Positions 28,605 through 39,228 of a stretch of DNA of 64,000 nt are shown here, one piece after another. Made by a program: the position numbers and the translations under genes. The notes beneath the pieces were generated by a model. The model saw nothing but the letters and a program-made list of their open reading frames with translations, had not been told where the DNA came from and did no database searches. Position 1 is the first letter of the stretch. Every line of letters starts with the position of its first letter. Location: NCBI GenBank assembly GCA_965207335.1, contig OZ242267.1, forward strand, positions 835,729 through 899,728, given 5' to 3'. The DNA is from Gammaproteobacteria bacterium. Lineage in GTDB: Bacteria > Pseudomonadota > Gammaproteobacteria > PS1 > Pseudothioglobaceae.

Positions 28605-29827
28605 TATAGTTTTAAATGCTTAATTCCTACTAATTTATCGTAAATTATGTATAAAAATACTACTACAATAAATAAAATACCGCTAAGCGATGCCGCTAGA
28701 GCCCAATTACCAGTTTTACTCATATGAAATGCGATTAAATTACTAATTAATAGCCCGTCTATACCGCCTAATAATGCTGGAGTTATATAATATCCTATTG
28801 AAATAATAAACACCAATAATCCACCAGCAGCAGCACCTGGTAAACTAAGTGGTAAATAAATTCTTAAAAATGATTCTATACTATTAGCACCTAGTGATTT
28901 TGATGCTTTCATATATGTGCCATCTATGCCTTTCATAGTGCTATAAAGTGGTAAAATCATAAATGGTAATAAAATATGTACCATAGCAATTACAGTTGCA
29001 AATTGATTATATAAAATATCTAATGGCTTATCTATTATATTTAAATAACTAAGCAAATTATTAACAACACCATTAGTTTGTAAAATAGCTATCCACGAAG
29101 TTATACGCACTAAAAAAGATGTCCAAAACGGCAATAAAACAAATAATAATAATATATTTGCTACCTTGTTTGTTTGATGAGCAATAAAATATGCCACAGG
29201 GTAAGCAAGTAAAAAACATAAAACAGTAATCAATAACGCAATCCATAAAGTGCGTATTAAAATTGGCACATAAGAGCGTTCCAAGACAGGATTTTTGCTA
29301 TAACTACCATCAATATTAACTTTATAATCTAAGGCATTAGCATAACTATCTAATCTAAAGCCGCCACTATAATGTTTTATTGCTCGCCAAATATTGGATT
29401 CTGCCCATGCTGGGTCAGCAGATATTAAGAATTGCTTATAATCTTTAATTTCTGCTATATTTATTTTAGCTATTTTGCGAATAGCCCTTTTAATAGCCCT
29501 ACTAGAATTATGTGATATTTTATTTAATTGTTTTATAAGCTTTCCTGTTAGCCTATTTTTAGCTAAAACTTGCAGTTCAATAATTAAATATATATAGCTT
29601 TTTTCATTAGGAGTTTTGCTTTCTTTATAATCCCATGTTGATAAACTTTTTATAGTTCTTGGTAAGGCACTATCTACATCGTTATTATAAAAGCCATTGT
29701 ATAATATGTAGGTTATTGGAATTATAAAAAACATTAATAAACTTACAATTAATGGTAAGGTAAACATTAATGCGGTTTTTCTGCGTTTATTATTTTGTTG
29801 TTTATTAATTAATTTTATATTACTCAT
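28604..29827 (-). CDS. ABC transporter permease (PotB-like) with an extended N-terminal extracytoplasmic region
   Basis: EAA loop MKASKSLGANSIESFLRIYLPLSLPG. 407 aa, versus about 280 aa as I recall for PotB. Confidence 0.8.
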   Translation of the reverse strand: MSNIKLINKQQNNKRRKTALMFTLPLIVSLLMFFIIPITYILYNGFYNNDVDSALPRTIKSLSTWDYKESKTPNEKSYIYLIIELQVLAKNRLTGKLIKQLNKISHNSSRAIKRAIRKIAKINIAEIKDYKQFLISADPAWAESNIWRAIKHYSGGFRLDSYANALDYKVNIDGSYSKNPVLERSYVPILIRTLWIALLITVLCFLLAYPVAYFIAHQTNKVANILLLFVLLPFWTSFLVRITSWIAILQTNGVVNNLLSYLNIIDKPLDILYNQFATVIAMVHILLPFMILPLYSTMKGIDGTYMKASKSLGANSIESFLRIYLPLSLPGAAAGGLLVFIISIGYYITPALLGGIDGLLISNLIAFHMSKTGNWALAASLSGILFIVVVFLYIIYDKLVGIKHLKL

Positions 29828-29903
29828 TAAAAAACCGCTGCACAGTTATAAAAAACCTATCTGTAACTTAAAGAAACAAAAAAAATCTAGCAACTTATTA
29901 TAT

Positions 29904-30959
29904 TTATCCTTGTAATAACCAAGCTGTAAATAACTCACTAATATATTCTTCATTATCAAACCAAAACTCAGAATCTGCCTTTATTCCTTCGTGAAAATGT
30001 GCCGATGGTAAATATTTTTTAACATCATCTTCTATTAGCTCTAATGATGATTTTCTAGTAGGACCATAAGCAACATTTTGCATACCAGCTAGTGCTTCTG
30101 AGGTAGTAGCTATTTTGATAAACTCTAATGCCTGTTTTAATTTTTTTGTACCTCTTACTATTGACCAGCCATCTAAATCGTAAATATTAGAGTCCCAAAC
30201 TATACTAACATTTGCTTTGTTATTTTTGATAATATCGTATATTCTACCATTTGCCGATTGGCTCATAACAACACTATTATCACTTAATAATTGTGGTGGT
30301 TGTGACCAAGAATCAAACCAAATAACATCTTTTTTTATGGTATCTAGTTTTTTAAATGCTCTATCTATGCCCTCTCTAGTTGCTAATAATTTATAAACAT
30401 CTTTTTTAGCAACTCCATCTGCTATTAATGCCCATTCTAAATTATTCTTTGCTCTCTTATTCAAACCTCTTTTGCCGGGTATTTTTTTAATATCAAAAAA
30501 ATCTGCAATAGTTTTAGGTTTAATTTTTAAATCATTTCTATAAGCAAAAATTGTCGCCCAACTAATAGTACCAACCGAACATTCACTAGCTATTGCTTCT
30601 GGGATAAAATCTTGTTTATAATTAACATTTTTGTAAGATGGCAATAAAATATCCTTAGGTATTACTTCTAATAAACCCTCAGAGCATGCTCTCTCAAGGT
30701 CAGAATATTCAATATCAATAACATCCCATTGAATATTTTTAGATTCTACCTGTACTCTTAATTCTGCTATGCCCCCAGAATAATCCTCAAAATTGACTTT
30801 TATTTTTGTTTGCTTGACAAATGGGTCTATCATATATTTTTTTTGTACCTTACTATAAGCACCTCCAAATGAAACTACAGTTAAGGCATCATCTTCTTTA
30901 TCCCCACAAGAAAATAATAATAAACTAATAAGTGTTATAACTAAAATTTTCATAAACAT
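29904..30959 (-). CDS. Periplasmic solute-binding lipoprotein of the ABC transporter (PotD/PotF-like)
   Basis: Lipobox LLLFSCG. Family-1 solute-binding-protein length and position. Confidence 0.75.
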   Translation of the reverse strand: MFMKILVITLISLLLFSCGDKEDDALTVVSFGGAYSKVQKKYMIDPFVKQTKIKVNFEDYSGGIAELRVQVESKNIQWDVIDIEYSDLERACSEGLLEVIPKDILLPSYKNVNYKQDFIPEAIASECSVGTISWATIFAYRNDLKIKPKTIADFFDIKKIPGKRGLNKRAKNNLEWALIADGVAKKDVYKLLATREGIDRAFKKLDTIKKDVIWFDSWSQPPQLLSDNSVVMSQSANGRIYDIIKNNKANVSIVWDSNIYDLDGWSIVRGTKKLKQALEFIKIATTSEALAGMQNVAYGPTRKSSLELIEDDVKKYLPSAHFHEGIKADSEFWFDNEEYISELFTAWLLQG

Positions 30960-31036
30960 ATCCTCAATATCGTTAATTTATATGCTGAGTGCATAATTTT
31001 TAAACTAATTCTTATTACTTCATGCAATAGTCTTTC

Positions 31037-32122
31037 TTATATTAATGCCAAACAATTATCAGATAAAAATAATAAATAAATACTATCGTTTATTTTAAAA
31101 TTACTATCATCTTGTTCTAAATGCTTAATCATAAAACTAAACTCGTCAAAAACACTAACACGAATCCTTGTGTAATCACCAACAAAAATAATATCGGTAA
31201 TAATAGCATTAATACAATTATAATCTATACTGTTGTTATTAGTTTGAATAATAATATCCTCAGGTCTTATAAAAATATTAACTTTCTTATTTAACAAAGA
31301 ATTATCATTATTACTAACAGTTATATCTGTGTTGTTTGTTAAGCTAACAATGGCTTTATTATCATCTAATATTTTTGTAACAGTGCCACTTAAATGATTA
31401 TTTTCACCGATAAAATCAGCAACAAAACTATTTTTAGGTTTATTGTAAATGGTCTTAGTATCTGATATTTGTTGTACTATGCCTTTATTAAATATTACTA
31501 CTCTATCAGACATAGTTAAAGCTTCTGTTTGGTCGTGTGTTACATATATGGCGGTAAATCCTAATATTTCGTGCAATTTTTTAATTTCATATTGCATCTC
31601 TTCTCTTAGATTTTTATCTAATGCACCTAATGGCTCATCCATTAAAACTATTTCTGGCTTATAAATTAATGCTCTGGCTAGTGCTACTCTTTGTTGTTGT
31701 CCGCCTGATAACTGTGCTGGATTCCTATTAGAAAAATCGCTTAATTTAACTAATTCTAAAAATTTATCAACTCTACTAGCAATAGTTTTTTTGTCTAAAT
31801 TACGAAATTTTAGCGGATATGCTAAATTTTGTGCCACAGTCATATGCGGAAACAGGGCATATTGTTGGAATACCATACCAATATTTCTTTTGTATGATGG
31901 GGTATTAGCTATGGGATTATCGTCAATATAAATCTCACCACCACTAACATTCTCAAAACCAGCTAACATCATAAGGCATGTGGTTTTACCTGAACCCGAT
32001 GGCCCTAACATAGTTAAAAACTCGCCTCTTACTATGTCAAGGTTCAATTTATCAACAATTAAATTTTCATCATCGTAACTTTTATCAACATTTATAAACT
32101 TAATTAATATATCTTGTTCCAT
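31037..32122 (-). CDS. ABC transporter ATP-binding protein (PotA-like)
   Basis: Walker A GPSGSGKTT, signature LSGGQQQRVALARAL, Walker B VLMDEP, C-terminal TOBE-like domain. Confidence 0.9.
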   Translation of the reverse strand: MEQDILIKFINVDKSYDDENLIVDKLNLDIVRGEFLTMLGPSGSGKTTCLMMLAGFENVSGGEIYIDDNPIANTPSYKRNIGMVFQQYALFPHMTVAQNLAYPLKFRNLDKKTIASRVDKFLELVKLSDFSNRNPAQLSGGQQQRVALARALIYKPEIVLMDEPLGALDKNLREEMQYEIKKLHEILGFTAIYVTHDQTEALTMSDRVVIFNKGIVQQISDTKTIYNKPKNSFVADFIGENNHLSGTVTKILDDNKAIVSLTNNTDITVSNNDNSLLNKKVNIFIRPEDIIIQTNNNSIDYNCINAIITDIIFVGDYTRIRVSVFDEFSFMIKHLEQDDSNFKINDSIYLLFLSDNCLALI

Positions 32123-32156
32123 AAAAACTAATTTTAAATAAAACTATATATTTATA

Positions 32157-33575
32157 TTATATGCTGTAATACATATCAAACTCTACTGGATGTGGGGATG
32201 CTCTTAATGCTGTTACTTCTTGCATTTTAATTTCTATATACGAGTCAATCATACTATTGGTAAATACGCCGCCTTTAGTTAAAAATTCCCTATCTTTATC
32301 TAACTCACTTAGTGCTTGGTCTAATGAACTACACACTTTTGGAATTAATTTTTTTTCGGCTTCACTTAACTCATATAAATCCGTAGAAACAGGATCTCCT
32401 GGGTGTATTTTATTGATAATACCATCAAGTCCTGCCATTAACATAGATGCAAACAATAAATATGGATTAGCTGTTGGGTCAGGAAACCTAACTTCAATAC
32501 GACGCCCCTTAGGATTAGATTCAAAAGGTATGCGAATAGCAGCAGAACGGTTTTTAGCAGAATAAACTAACATTTCAGGTGCTTCAAATCCAGGTACTAA
32601 TCTTTTGTAAGAATTAGTAGAAGCATTAGCAAATGCATTCAAAGCCCTAGCATGCTTAATAATACCACCTATATAATAAATAGCTATATCCGATAAGTTA
32701 CCATAGCCATCGCCATCAAATAAATTTACCCCATCTTTAGCTATTGACTGATGAACATGCATGCCGTTACCATTATCAATAGCTATTGGCTTTGGCATAA
32801 AAGTAGCTGTTTTACCGTATGCATGTGCCACATTTTGCACACAGTATTTTAAAATTTGAGTTTCATCGCCTTTTTTGACTAAGGTATTAAATAAGGCACC
32901 AATTTCACATTGCCCTGCTGTACCAACTTCGTGGTGATGAACCTCAGTTGTAACACCCATATCTTCTATGGCTAGACACATAGCACCTCGTAAGTCGTGC
33001 AAAGAATCAACAGGTGGTACTGGAAAATAACCGCCTTTAATTCTGGGTCTATGTCCCTTATTACCACCTTCAATATCGTCTCCAGACTCCCAATCTGCTT
33101 CTTCGGAATGAATTTCATAAAATGCTTTGCCAAGTCCAAAACCTGTATCCCATTTCACACTATCAAACACAAAAAACTCTGGCTCATTGCCAAAATAAGC
33201 AGTATCTCCTATGCCTGTTGATTTTAAATATTCTTCTGCTTTTTTAGCTATAGATCGTGGGTCTTTTTCATAACCTTTCATATCACTAGGCTCAATAATA
33301 TTGCAACGGATAATTAAAGTAGGCTCTTCGGTGAATGGATCCATAACGGCTGTATCAACATCTGGCTGTAAAATCATATCTGAATCGTTAATACTCTTCC
33401 AACCTGCTATGGATGAGCCATCAAACATTTGACCTGTTTTTAGTTTGTTACTATTAATTTGATGGCTTGGAACACTTACATGATGCTCCTTGCCTTTGGT
33501 ATCAGTAAAACGAAAATCAATAAATATTATTTCTTCATCTTTAATCTTTTGCATTATATCAACAGACATTCTCAC
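32157..33575 (-). CDS. glnA: Glutamine synthetase type I
   Basis: [43 protein letters not shown] motifs. Confidence 0.95.
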   Translation of the reverse strand: MRMSVDIMQKIKDEEIIFIDFRFTDTKGKEHHVSVPSHQINSNKLKTGQMFDGSSIAGWKSINDSDMILQPDVDTAVMDPFTEEPTLIIRCNIIEPSDMKGYEKDPRSIAKKAEEYLKSTGIGDTAYFGNEPEFFVFDSVKWDTGFGLGKAFYEIHSEEADWESGDDIEGGNKGHRPRIKGGYFPVPPVDSLHDLRGAMCLAIEDMGVTTEVHHHEVGTAGQCEIGALFNTLVKKGDETQILKYCVQNVAHAYGKTATFMPKPIAIDNGNGMHVHQSIAKDGVNLFDGDGYGNLSDIAIYYIGGIIKHARALNAFANASTNSYKRLVPGFEAPEMLVYSAKNRSAAIRIPFESNPKGRRIEVRFPDPTANPYLLFASMLMAGLDGIINKIHPGDPVSTDLYELSEAEKKLIPKVCSSLDQALSELDKDREFLTKGGVFTNSMIDSYIEIKMQEVTALRASPHPVEFDMYYSI

Positions 33576-33644
33576 TCCTTTTTTTAGTATGTCATAATAA
33601 AAACTTTGTAAAATATATTTTCTAAGAACTTATACTATTTTACC

Positions 33645-33869
33645 TTATTCTTTTTTTATATATATTACTATCTCATTATTGCTTTCAATAATTTTAGTAA
33701 TTTTATGATTATGAACACTGCACCAAGCTGGTATATCGTGAAGTACGCCTTTATCTGTTGCTAGCATTTTTATAGTATCACCTATAGCTATTGTTGTTAT
33801 TTTCTCATGTAAGCGAATAACTGGCATAGGACACAATAATTTTCGCACATCTAGGATATATTCTTGCAT
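33645..33869 (-). CDS. TusA/SirA-family sulfurtransferase-like protein
   Basis: 74 aa with the CPMP active-site motif (LLCPMPVIRL). Confidence 0.8.
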   Translation of the reverse strand: MQEYILDVRKLLCPMPVIRLHEKITTIAIGDTIKMLATDKGVLHDIPAWCSVHNHKITKIIESNNEIVIYIKKE

Positions 33870-34301
33870 AAATAAATTTGTTATATTATTTTATGAGTAG
33901 ATTTTAACACTAAATAAAACTACTACACTAAGCGATTAGGTTGGGCTTTGAGGTATTATGTATGAAACAATGCTTTTTAGATGTATATACTTTCTTGGGA
34001 GTAAATATGAGTTAAAGTTAAAGCAATTACTTAATCATTATCCCAAATAAACAACCTATTAGGCAACTGCACAAGGACTGCTTTTTATATTTAATGCGAC
34101 AGTATTCCAAATTTTATATTGTCTAGTTTAAATAATAAAACATTTGATGTATAAAAAAAAATTAATACTACTGTGCTAAGCGATAATATTGCCGTATTTT
34201 AATAATCAAACTATCATTGGATCTGCTTTTAACTGAGTGCGAAACTCCTTGTCAAATATTCTATTATTAATCATTTTATTTCCATCCTTAAATTTCATAT
34301 A

Positions 34302-34658
34302 TTATGGTTTAATACTACTTGCTGTTGTTAGTGTCCCTACCGTACTAGCAGTACCGAATGTGCCAATTGTAACACCAGCAACAGTACCTAATGTGCCAAC
34401 TGTGCAGCCAGCTGAACTTAATGAGCCAGCTGAACCTACCGTAGCACCAGCACTCAATATATTTTGCATATCTTCTTGTTTAATATTGCTATCAAAGTAA
34501 GGAATAACAACATAAAATATATCCTTACTAGATTCAACAACTTTGTATTCTAAATCCTCAAAATCAGCATCAACTAGTTTACTAAGTTGCAATTTTGGGT
34601 TTGCTTTTAATTGAGCACGAAATTTTTTATCCAATAATTTATCCATGTAATCTTCCAT
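34302..34658 (-). CDS. RiPP-precursor-like peptide: nitrile-hydratase-type (NHLP) leader plus Gly/Thr/Ser-rich core (copy 1)
   Basis: AGGAG 5 nt upstream of the ATG. Leader features NPK..DFEDLEYKVVESSKDIFYVVIP as in NHLP leaders. After ..NILSAGA comes the core TVGSAGSLSSAGCTVGTLGTVAGVTIGTFGTASTVGTLTTASSIKP. Paralog at 45701-46030. Confidence 0.65.
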   Translation of the reverse strand: MEDYMDKLLDKKFRAQLKANPKLQLSKLVDADFEDLEYKVVESSKDIFYVVIPYFDSNIKQEDMQNILSAGATVGSAGSLSSAGCTVGTLGTVAGVTIGTFGTASTVGTLTTASSIKP

Positions 34659-34752
34659 TATTACTCCTAATTATAAATTAATTTTTACTTGTAGTAATTG
34701 TAAACTGATAATACATAAAAGATTTACATTTAACATATAGTAATATAAAGTA

Positions 34753-34765
34753 TATATGTTTACAC
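34753..34765 (-). promoter_or_regulatory. Conserved upstream box GTGTAAACATATA, 94 nt before precursor copy 1
   Basis: 12 of 13 identical to GTGTAAACACATA, which sits 92 nt upstream of precursor copy 2. Confidence 0.3.
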
Positions 34766-34813
34766 TATTAAAAAAATTCTATTAAAAACATTTGATATAG
34801 CAGTGTTTAGAAC

Positions 34814-35269
34814 CTATAATAAATTATTTTTTTTTGCTTTTTCTACTGGATTTTTATCCTTAATCCACGATACAATACCATTGTCTAGGTTATAAATATT
34901 TGTATAGCCTAATTCATTTGCTAATAAGGCACTTACTTCTCTTGAGCGGTATCCATGAGCACAAACTATGGCTATTGCTTTGTGTTGAGGTATAAATTGA
35001 AATTTACTTTTAATGAGCTCTGTTTTTAGTTTTTGCTTTCTATCTTTGGTAAATGTAGTTAATAATTTACTATTTGGCAAAACACCTGTTTGTATCCATT
35101 CACTTAAATAACGCACATCAATAATAGTAACATCATTATTTTTTATAAGTTCTGATAATTCAATATTACTAACATTGGTATATAAGTTTTTACTAAACAT
35201 ATTACTAAAACTAAATGCAGAAATTACTATAATAACAATGATAGCAATAATTATATTTTTAGCATTCAT
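34814..35269 (-). CDS. Membrane-anchored or secreted rhodanese-domain protein
   Basis: N-terminal hydrophobic segment. IIDVRYLSEW and active-site loop CAHGYRS. Confidence 0.8.
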   Translation of the reverse strand: MNAKNIIIAIIVIIVISAFSFSNMFSKNLYTNVSNIELSELIKNNDVTIIDVRYLSEWIQTGVLPNSKLLTTFTKDRKQKLKTELIKSKFQFIPQHKAIAIVCAHGYRSREVSALLANELGYTNIYNLDNGIVSWIKDKNPVEKAKKNNLL

Positions 35270-35374
35270 TTTATCTCTGATTAATGGCTAAACAAATTTT
35301 TATACTTATAAATGATTAAGTTGTTATTTTATCATTAATTTAGGTTTTATTCTCTCTCATAAAAAAACTCTAGC

Positions 35375-36691
35375 CTAATCGCTTAATGTAATAGTATTCT
35401 TTAATGCTCCAACATTAACTACTAGCCAAATATTATCCTTAAAAAATTTATTGCTGGCATTAATTATTTGTTGTTTTTGTAACTTAGTTATTTTTTCTGG
35501 GAAATTTTTAATATAATTTATGTCTAAGTTATAAAATCCAATTACTGCCAAATAACTAGCTATTTGCCTGTTAGTAGCAATTCTTAATGCAAAACTACCA
35601 ACAATATTATCTTTGGCATCTTGAATTTTTTTATCACTAATATTAGTTAAAAAATCATTTACAGTTTGAAAAACTAAATTAATAGCTTTGTCTTTGCTGG
35701 CATTTTTAGTTTGCAAATTAATTAAAAAATACCCATTAGCCGCCATAGGTAAAAAATAGCTGTGAACACTATATGCCAAGCCATTTTGCTCACGAATAAC
35801 ATAACCTAACTGGGAATTTAATACCCTACCACCTAAAATATGATTTACTAAGTACAAAGCATAATAATCAGGGTAATCTCTATTGATACCTGTTTTACCT
35901 ATTAAAATATGATTTTGAGTTGATGGATAGTCAATATTTAATATTTTTGATGCTGATAATGGCATTATTTTATTGATAATGGATGGTTTTTTACCTATTG
36001 GTAGATTATGGCTTAACTGCCTAGATATACTTTTTGCTTTTGCTCTTGTTATGTCGCCTACTATTACTATTACTAGATTTTTAGCAACATAATATTTACT
36101 ATAAAAATCTCTAATATCGTTGATAGTTATGTTTGTGATACTGGCAGTTGTACCTAAAACATTATGTGCATAGCTATGATTAGCAAACACTTCATTAGCA
36201 AATGCCTGACTTGCTATCTCACTAGGATTAGTTTGACTTCCTTTAATAGTATGTAAATACTGTTTTTTTAATCTAGTTAGGGTTTTATTAGTAAATTTAT
36301 TATTGGTTATTAACTCTTTTAACAAATTAACACTTCGTTGTAACACGCTATCTTGGGCTAGACTTCTAAGTGATATTATAGCCATATCCTTAACGGCTGA
36401 GGTAGAAAATATTGCCCCAATCTCGTTAAAACCTGTATTTATTTGTTCTTCATTATATTTTTTACTACCAGTACCTATCATAGCATTAGTAATATTTGCT
36501 AAGCCAAATTTATCATAATCACGGCTAGATGCTCCATCAAATACCAACTTAATATCAACAATATTATTGTCTTTAACATGACTAAACAATACTTTAGCAC
36601 CTTCTGGGGTATGCCATACTTGAATATTAGGTGTGGCAAAAACTAAGTTGGCAATAGTCAATAAAGTTATTATTAAAATTGTGTTTATCAT
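35375..36691 (-). CDS. M16-family (insulinase/pitrilysin) peptidase subunit lacking HxxEH (non-catalytic partner)
   Basis: Signal peptide. M16 C-terminal-domain architecture with no zinc motif. 4-nt overlap with the catalytic partner. Confidence 0.8.
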   Translation of the reverse strand: MINTILIITLLTIANLVFATPNIQVWHTPEGAKVLFSHVKDNNIVDIKLVFDGASSRDYDKFGLANITNAMIGTGSKKYNEEQINTGFNEIGAIFSTSAVKDMAIISLRSLAQDSVLQRSVNLLKELITNNKFTNKTLTRLKKQYLHTIKGSQTNPSEIASQAFANEVFANHSYAHNVLGTTASITNITINDIRDFYSKYYVAKNLVIVIVGDITRAKAKSISRQLSHNLPIGKKPSIINKIMPLSASKILNIDYPSTQNHILIGKTGINRDYPDYYALYLVNHILGGRVLNSQLGYVIREQNGLAYSVHSYFLPMAANGYFLINLQTKNASKDKAINLVFQTVNDFLTNISDKKIQDAKDNIVGSFALRIATNRQIASYLAVIGFYNLDINYIKNFPEKITKLQKQQIINASNKFFKDNIWLVVNVGALKNTITLSD

Positions 36692-38028
36692 ATATTTTTG
36701 ATACTAGGTATTAATTCAACTGTTGATCTATTATTTTTAATAAGATACTTTATAGCAATATTTTGCACATCCTTAGCACTAATATTATTAATTTTATCAA
36801 CATACTCTGTGCTTACTTTATAGCCTAAACCTATTGCTTCAAGAACACCTAAATAATATGCTTGAGTTTTAATAGAATCTTGACTATAAATATATTCTGC
36901 TTGTGACTGGGTTTTAATATTGCTTAAAATATTATTATCAATGACTTTGTTTTTAATATTGGCTATTACCCCATCAATTACTTTAACTATTTTATCAATA
37001 CTTATATTTTCTATTGGTGAAAAGCTAATTTTTAAATTAGTAGCGTATTTATCATAAATATAATAACTTACTGCTACAAAGTTTACTAATTGTAACTCTC
37101 TTACTAACAACTTGGTTAAAATAGCATTATCATTACCAGTTAGCACATAAGATAGCATCTCTAAGGCATAAGCATCATTGCTATTACTAGTGCTATTTAA
37201 ACTAGGTACAGGATATGACATAACAAAATATGGGTTTTTAGCTACTAAAGTCAAGCTAGAATTTTGTGCTAATTTTGGATATGATTGAATATATTTAGAC
37301 TTAGGATAATAAGGGCTAATATGAGAAAAATATTTTTTGACTAAGCTATAAACCTCTTTGACATCAACATCTCCTACTACCACGATAATAGCATTATTAG
37401 GACTGTAATACTTTTTATACCAATTACTTAATTCTGCTAACTTGAGGCTTTTTAAATCATCCATAATACCAATAATTGGATAATAATAAGCACTATTTTT
37501 ACTATAAGATATTTTTGATAATTTCTCGTAAACCTTAGCTATAGGATTATCTTCAACTAGCAATCTTCTTTCTTCTATTACCACATCTCTTTCGGTTTTA
37601 AAATCTTGCTCTTTTAATAATAAATTTTGCATTCTATCTGCTTCTAGTTTTAGACTTATCTCTAAATTATTACTATTCATCATTTGATAATAAGCAGTAT
37701 AATCTCTGGAAGTAAAGGCATTATCAGTACCACCATTTTTGGCAATAATCTTAGAAAACTCTCCAGTATTATAATTTTTAGTTCCCTTAAACATCATATG
37801 CTCTAACATATGCGATATGCCTGTTGTGCCTAACTCTTCATAACTTGAGCCAATCTTATACCAAATCTGAGATATAAATATTGGTGCTCTATGGTTTTCT
37901 TTTACTATTAATTTTAAGCCATTGTCAAAATTAAACTCACTAATACTAGCATGTGTTGTTGGTGTTAATAACAAGCAAAAAATACTGCTAAGTATAAAAA
38001 CTATATTTTTTAAATAATTTGTATTCAT
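36688..38028 (-). CDS. M16-family zinc peptidase, catalytic subunit
   Basis: Signal peptide. Inverted zinc motif HMLEHMMFKG (HxxEH) and downstream EERR-type motif VVIEERR. Confidence 0.9.
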   Translation of the reverse strand: MNTNYLKNIVFILSSIFCLLLTPTTHASISEFNFDNGLKLIVKENHRAPIFISQIWYKIGSSYEELGTTGISHMLEHMMFKGTKNYNTGEFSKIIAKNGGTDNAFTSRDYTAYYQMMNSNNLEISLKLEADRMQNLLLKEQDFKTERDVVIEERRLLVEDNPIAKVYEKLSKISYSKNSAYYYPIIGIMDDLKSLKLAELSNWYKKYYSPNNAIIVVVGDVDVKEVYSLVKKYFSHISPYYPKSKYIQSYPKLAQNSSLTLVAKNPYFVMSYPVPSLNSTSNSNDAYALEMLSYVLTGNDNAILTKLLVRELQLVNFVAVSYYIYDKYATNLKISFSPIENISIDKIVKVIDGVIANIKNKVIDNNILSNIKTQSQAEYIYSQDSIKTQAYYLGVLEAIGLGYKVSTEYVDKINNISAKDVQNIAIKYLIKNNRSTVELIPSIKNI

Positions 38029-38185
38029 AAAAGGTAAAATATATCTCTAAAATAAGTTTTTTATGTAAAAACTGCTTTTTAAATGTGTGCTTTTTGCCTA
38101 GGATAAGTTATTATACTACCAACTCAAACTTACCCTCACCCCAAAGTACACCTAATCACTTAATGCAGTAATCTTAAATTATACA

Positions 38186-39121
38186 ATGTTTAATATATTT
38201 AAAAAAAATAAAAAACCACAAACAAAAATTAGTTTTAAAGACAAATTACACAATACTAAACAAGCACTAAATAATAAACTTAGCGCCTTACTAAGTGGCA
38301 AAACTAGCTTATCAGACCAATTAATAGAAGAATTAGAAACAGTATTACTTAGTGCTGATATTGGCATACATACCACAGACAAAATTATATCATTAGTTAA
38401 AGAAAAAATTCATAAAAGCACCATAACTGATAATAATGATTTGTACAAAATATTAAAACCTATATTAAATAATCTATTAATTAGTGCTAAACCGTTAATT
38501 ATAACTAATCAAAAACCGTTTGTAATTTTAGTAGTAGGGGTAAATGGTGCTGGTAAAACCACTACCATAGGAAAGCTAGCCAAACAATTCCAACAACAAG
38601 ATAAATCTGTTGTATTAGTTGCTGGAGATACTTTTAGAGCTGCCGCTGTTGAGCAATTAAAAATATGGGGACAACGCAATAATATTCCAGTAATAGCACA
38701 AAAAACAGGTGCAGATTCATCTGCTGTTATTTATGATGGTTTAAGCTCGGCAACTAGTAAAAATATTGATATTCTTATAGCTGATACTGCAGGACGACTA
38801 CATACTCAGCAAAACCTAATGGCAGAACTACAAAAAATCAAACGCGCACTTAGTAAAAATCGCCAAGATGCCCCAAATGAAACTATGTTAATTATAGATG
38901 GTAGTATTGGTGGTAATGCTGTTGAACAAGCAAAAGTATTTCATAATATGATAGGCTTAGATAGTGTTAGTATCACAAAATTAGACGGCACCGCAAAAGG
39001 GGGGGTATTATTTGCTATTTGTTGTGAGTTAAATTTACCTATTCGCTATATAGGTATGGGCGAGTCTATTGACGACTTAGAAGTATTTGATAAAAATAAA
39101 TTTATTGATGCTATATTATAA
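38186..39121 (+). CDS. ftsY: Signal recognition particle receptor FtsY
   Basis: GVNGAGKTTTIGKLA, DTAGRLH, TKLDGTAKGG motifs. Short N-terminal region. Confidence 0.95.
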   Translation: MFNIFKKNKKPQTKISFKDKLHNTKQALNNKLSALLSGKTSLSDQLIEELETVLLSADIGIHTTDKIISLVKEKIHKSTITDNNDLYKILKPILNNLLISAKPLIITNQKPFVILVVGVNGAGKTTTIGKLAKQFQQQDKSVVLVAGDTFRAAAVEQLKIWGQRNNIPVIAQKTGADSSAVIYDGLSSATSKNIDILIADTAGRLHTQQNLMAELQKIKRALSKNRQDAPNETMLIIDGSIGGNAVEQAKVFHNMIGLDSVSITKLDGTAKGGVLFAICCELNLPIRYIGMGESIDDLEVFDKNKFIDAIL

Positions 39122-39144
39122 AAATATAGAATAACAATTTTATA

Positions 39145-39222
39145 CGCCGTCATTGCGAGACTTTGTAAAAAGGTGTGGCAATCTCATCTTACAAATATGG
39201 TGTAATTAAGTATTGTGTTCCC
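39145..39222. repeat. Palindromic-repeat half element (reverse complement of 1380-1455)
   Basis: CGCCGTCATTGCGAGACTTTGTAAAAAGGTGTGGCAATCTCATCTTACAAATATGGTGTAATTAAGTATTGTGTTCCC. Confidence 0.85.
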
Positions 39223-39228
39223 AACGCC

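Noticed and set aside
35375-38028. M16 peptidase pair as a dedicated leader peptidase for the adjacent NHLP-type precursor
   Set aside because: As I recall (for example in Pseudomonas), a pair of secreted M16 peptidases divergent from ftsY is a conserved housekeeping arrangement in gammaproteobacteria. The proximity is therefore probably coincidental. This would only be revived by co-occurrence data.
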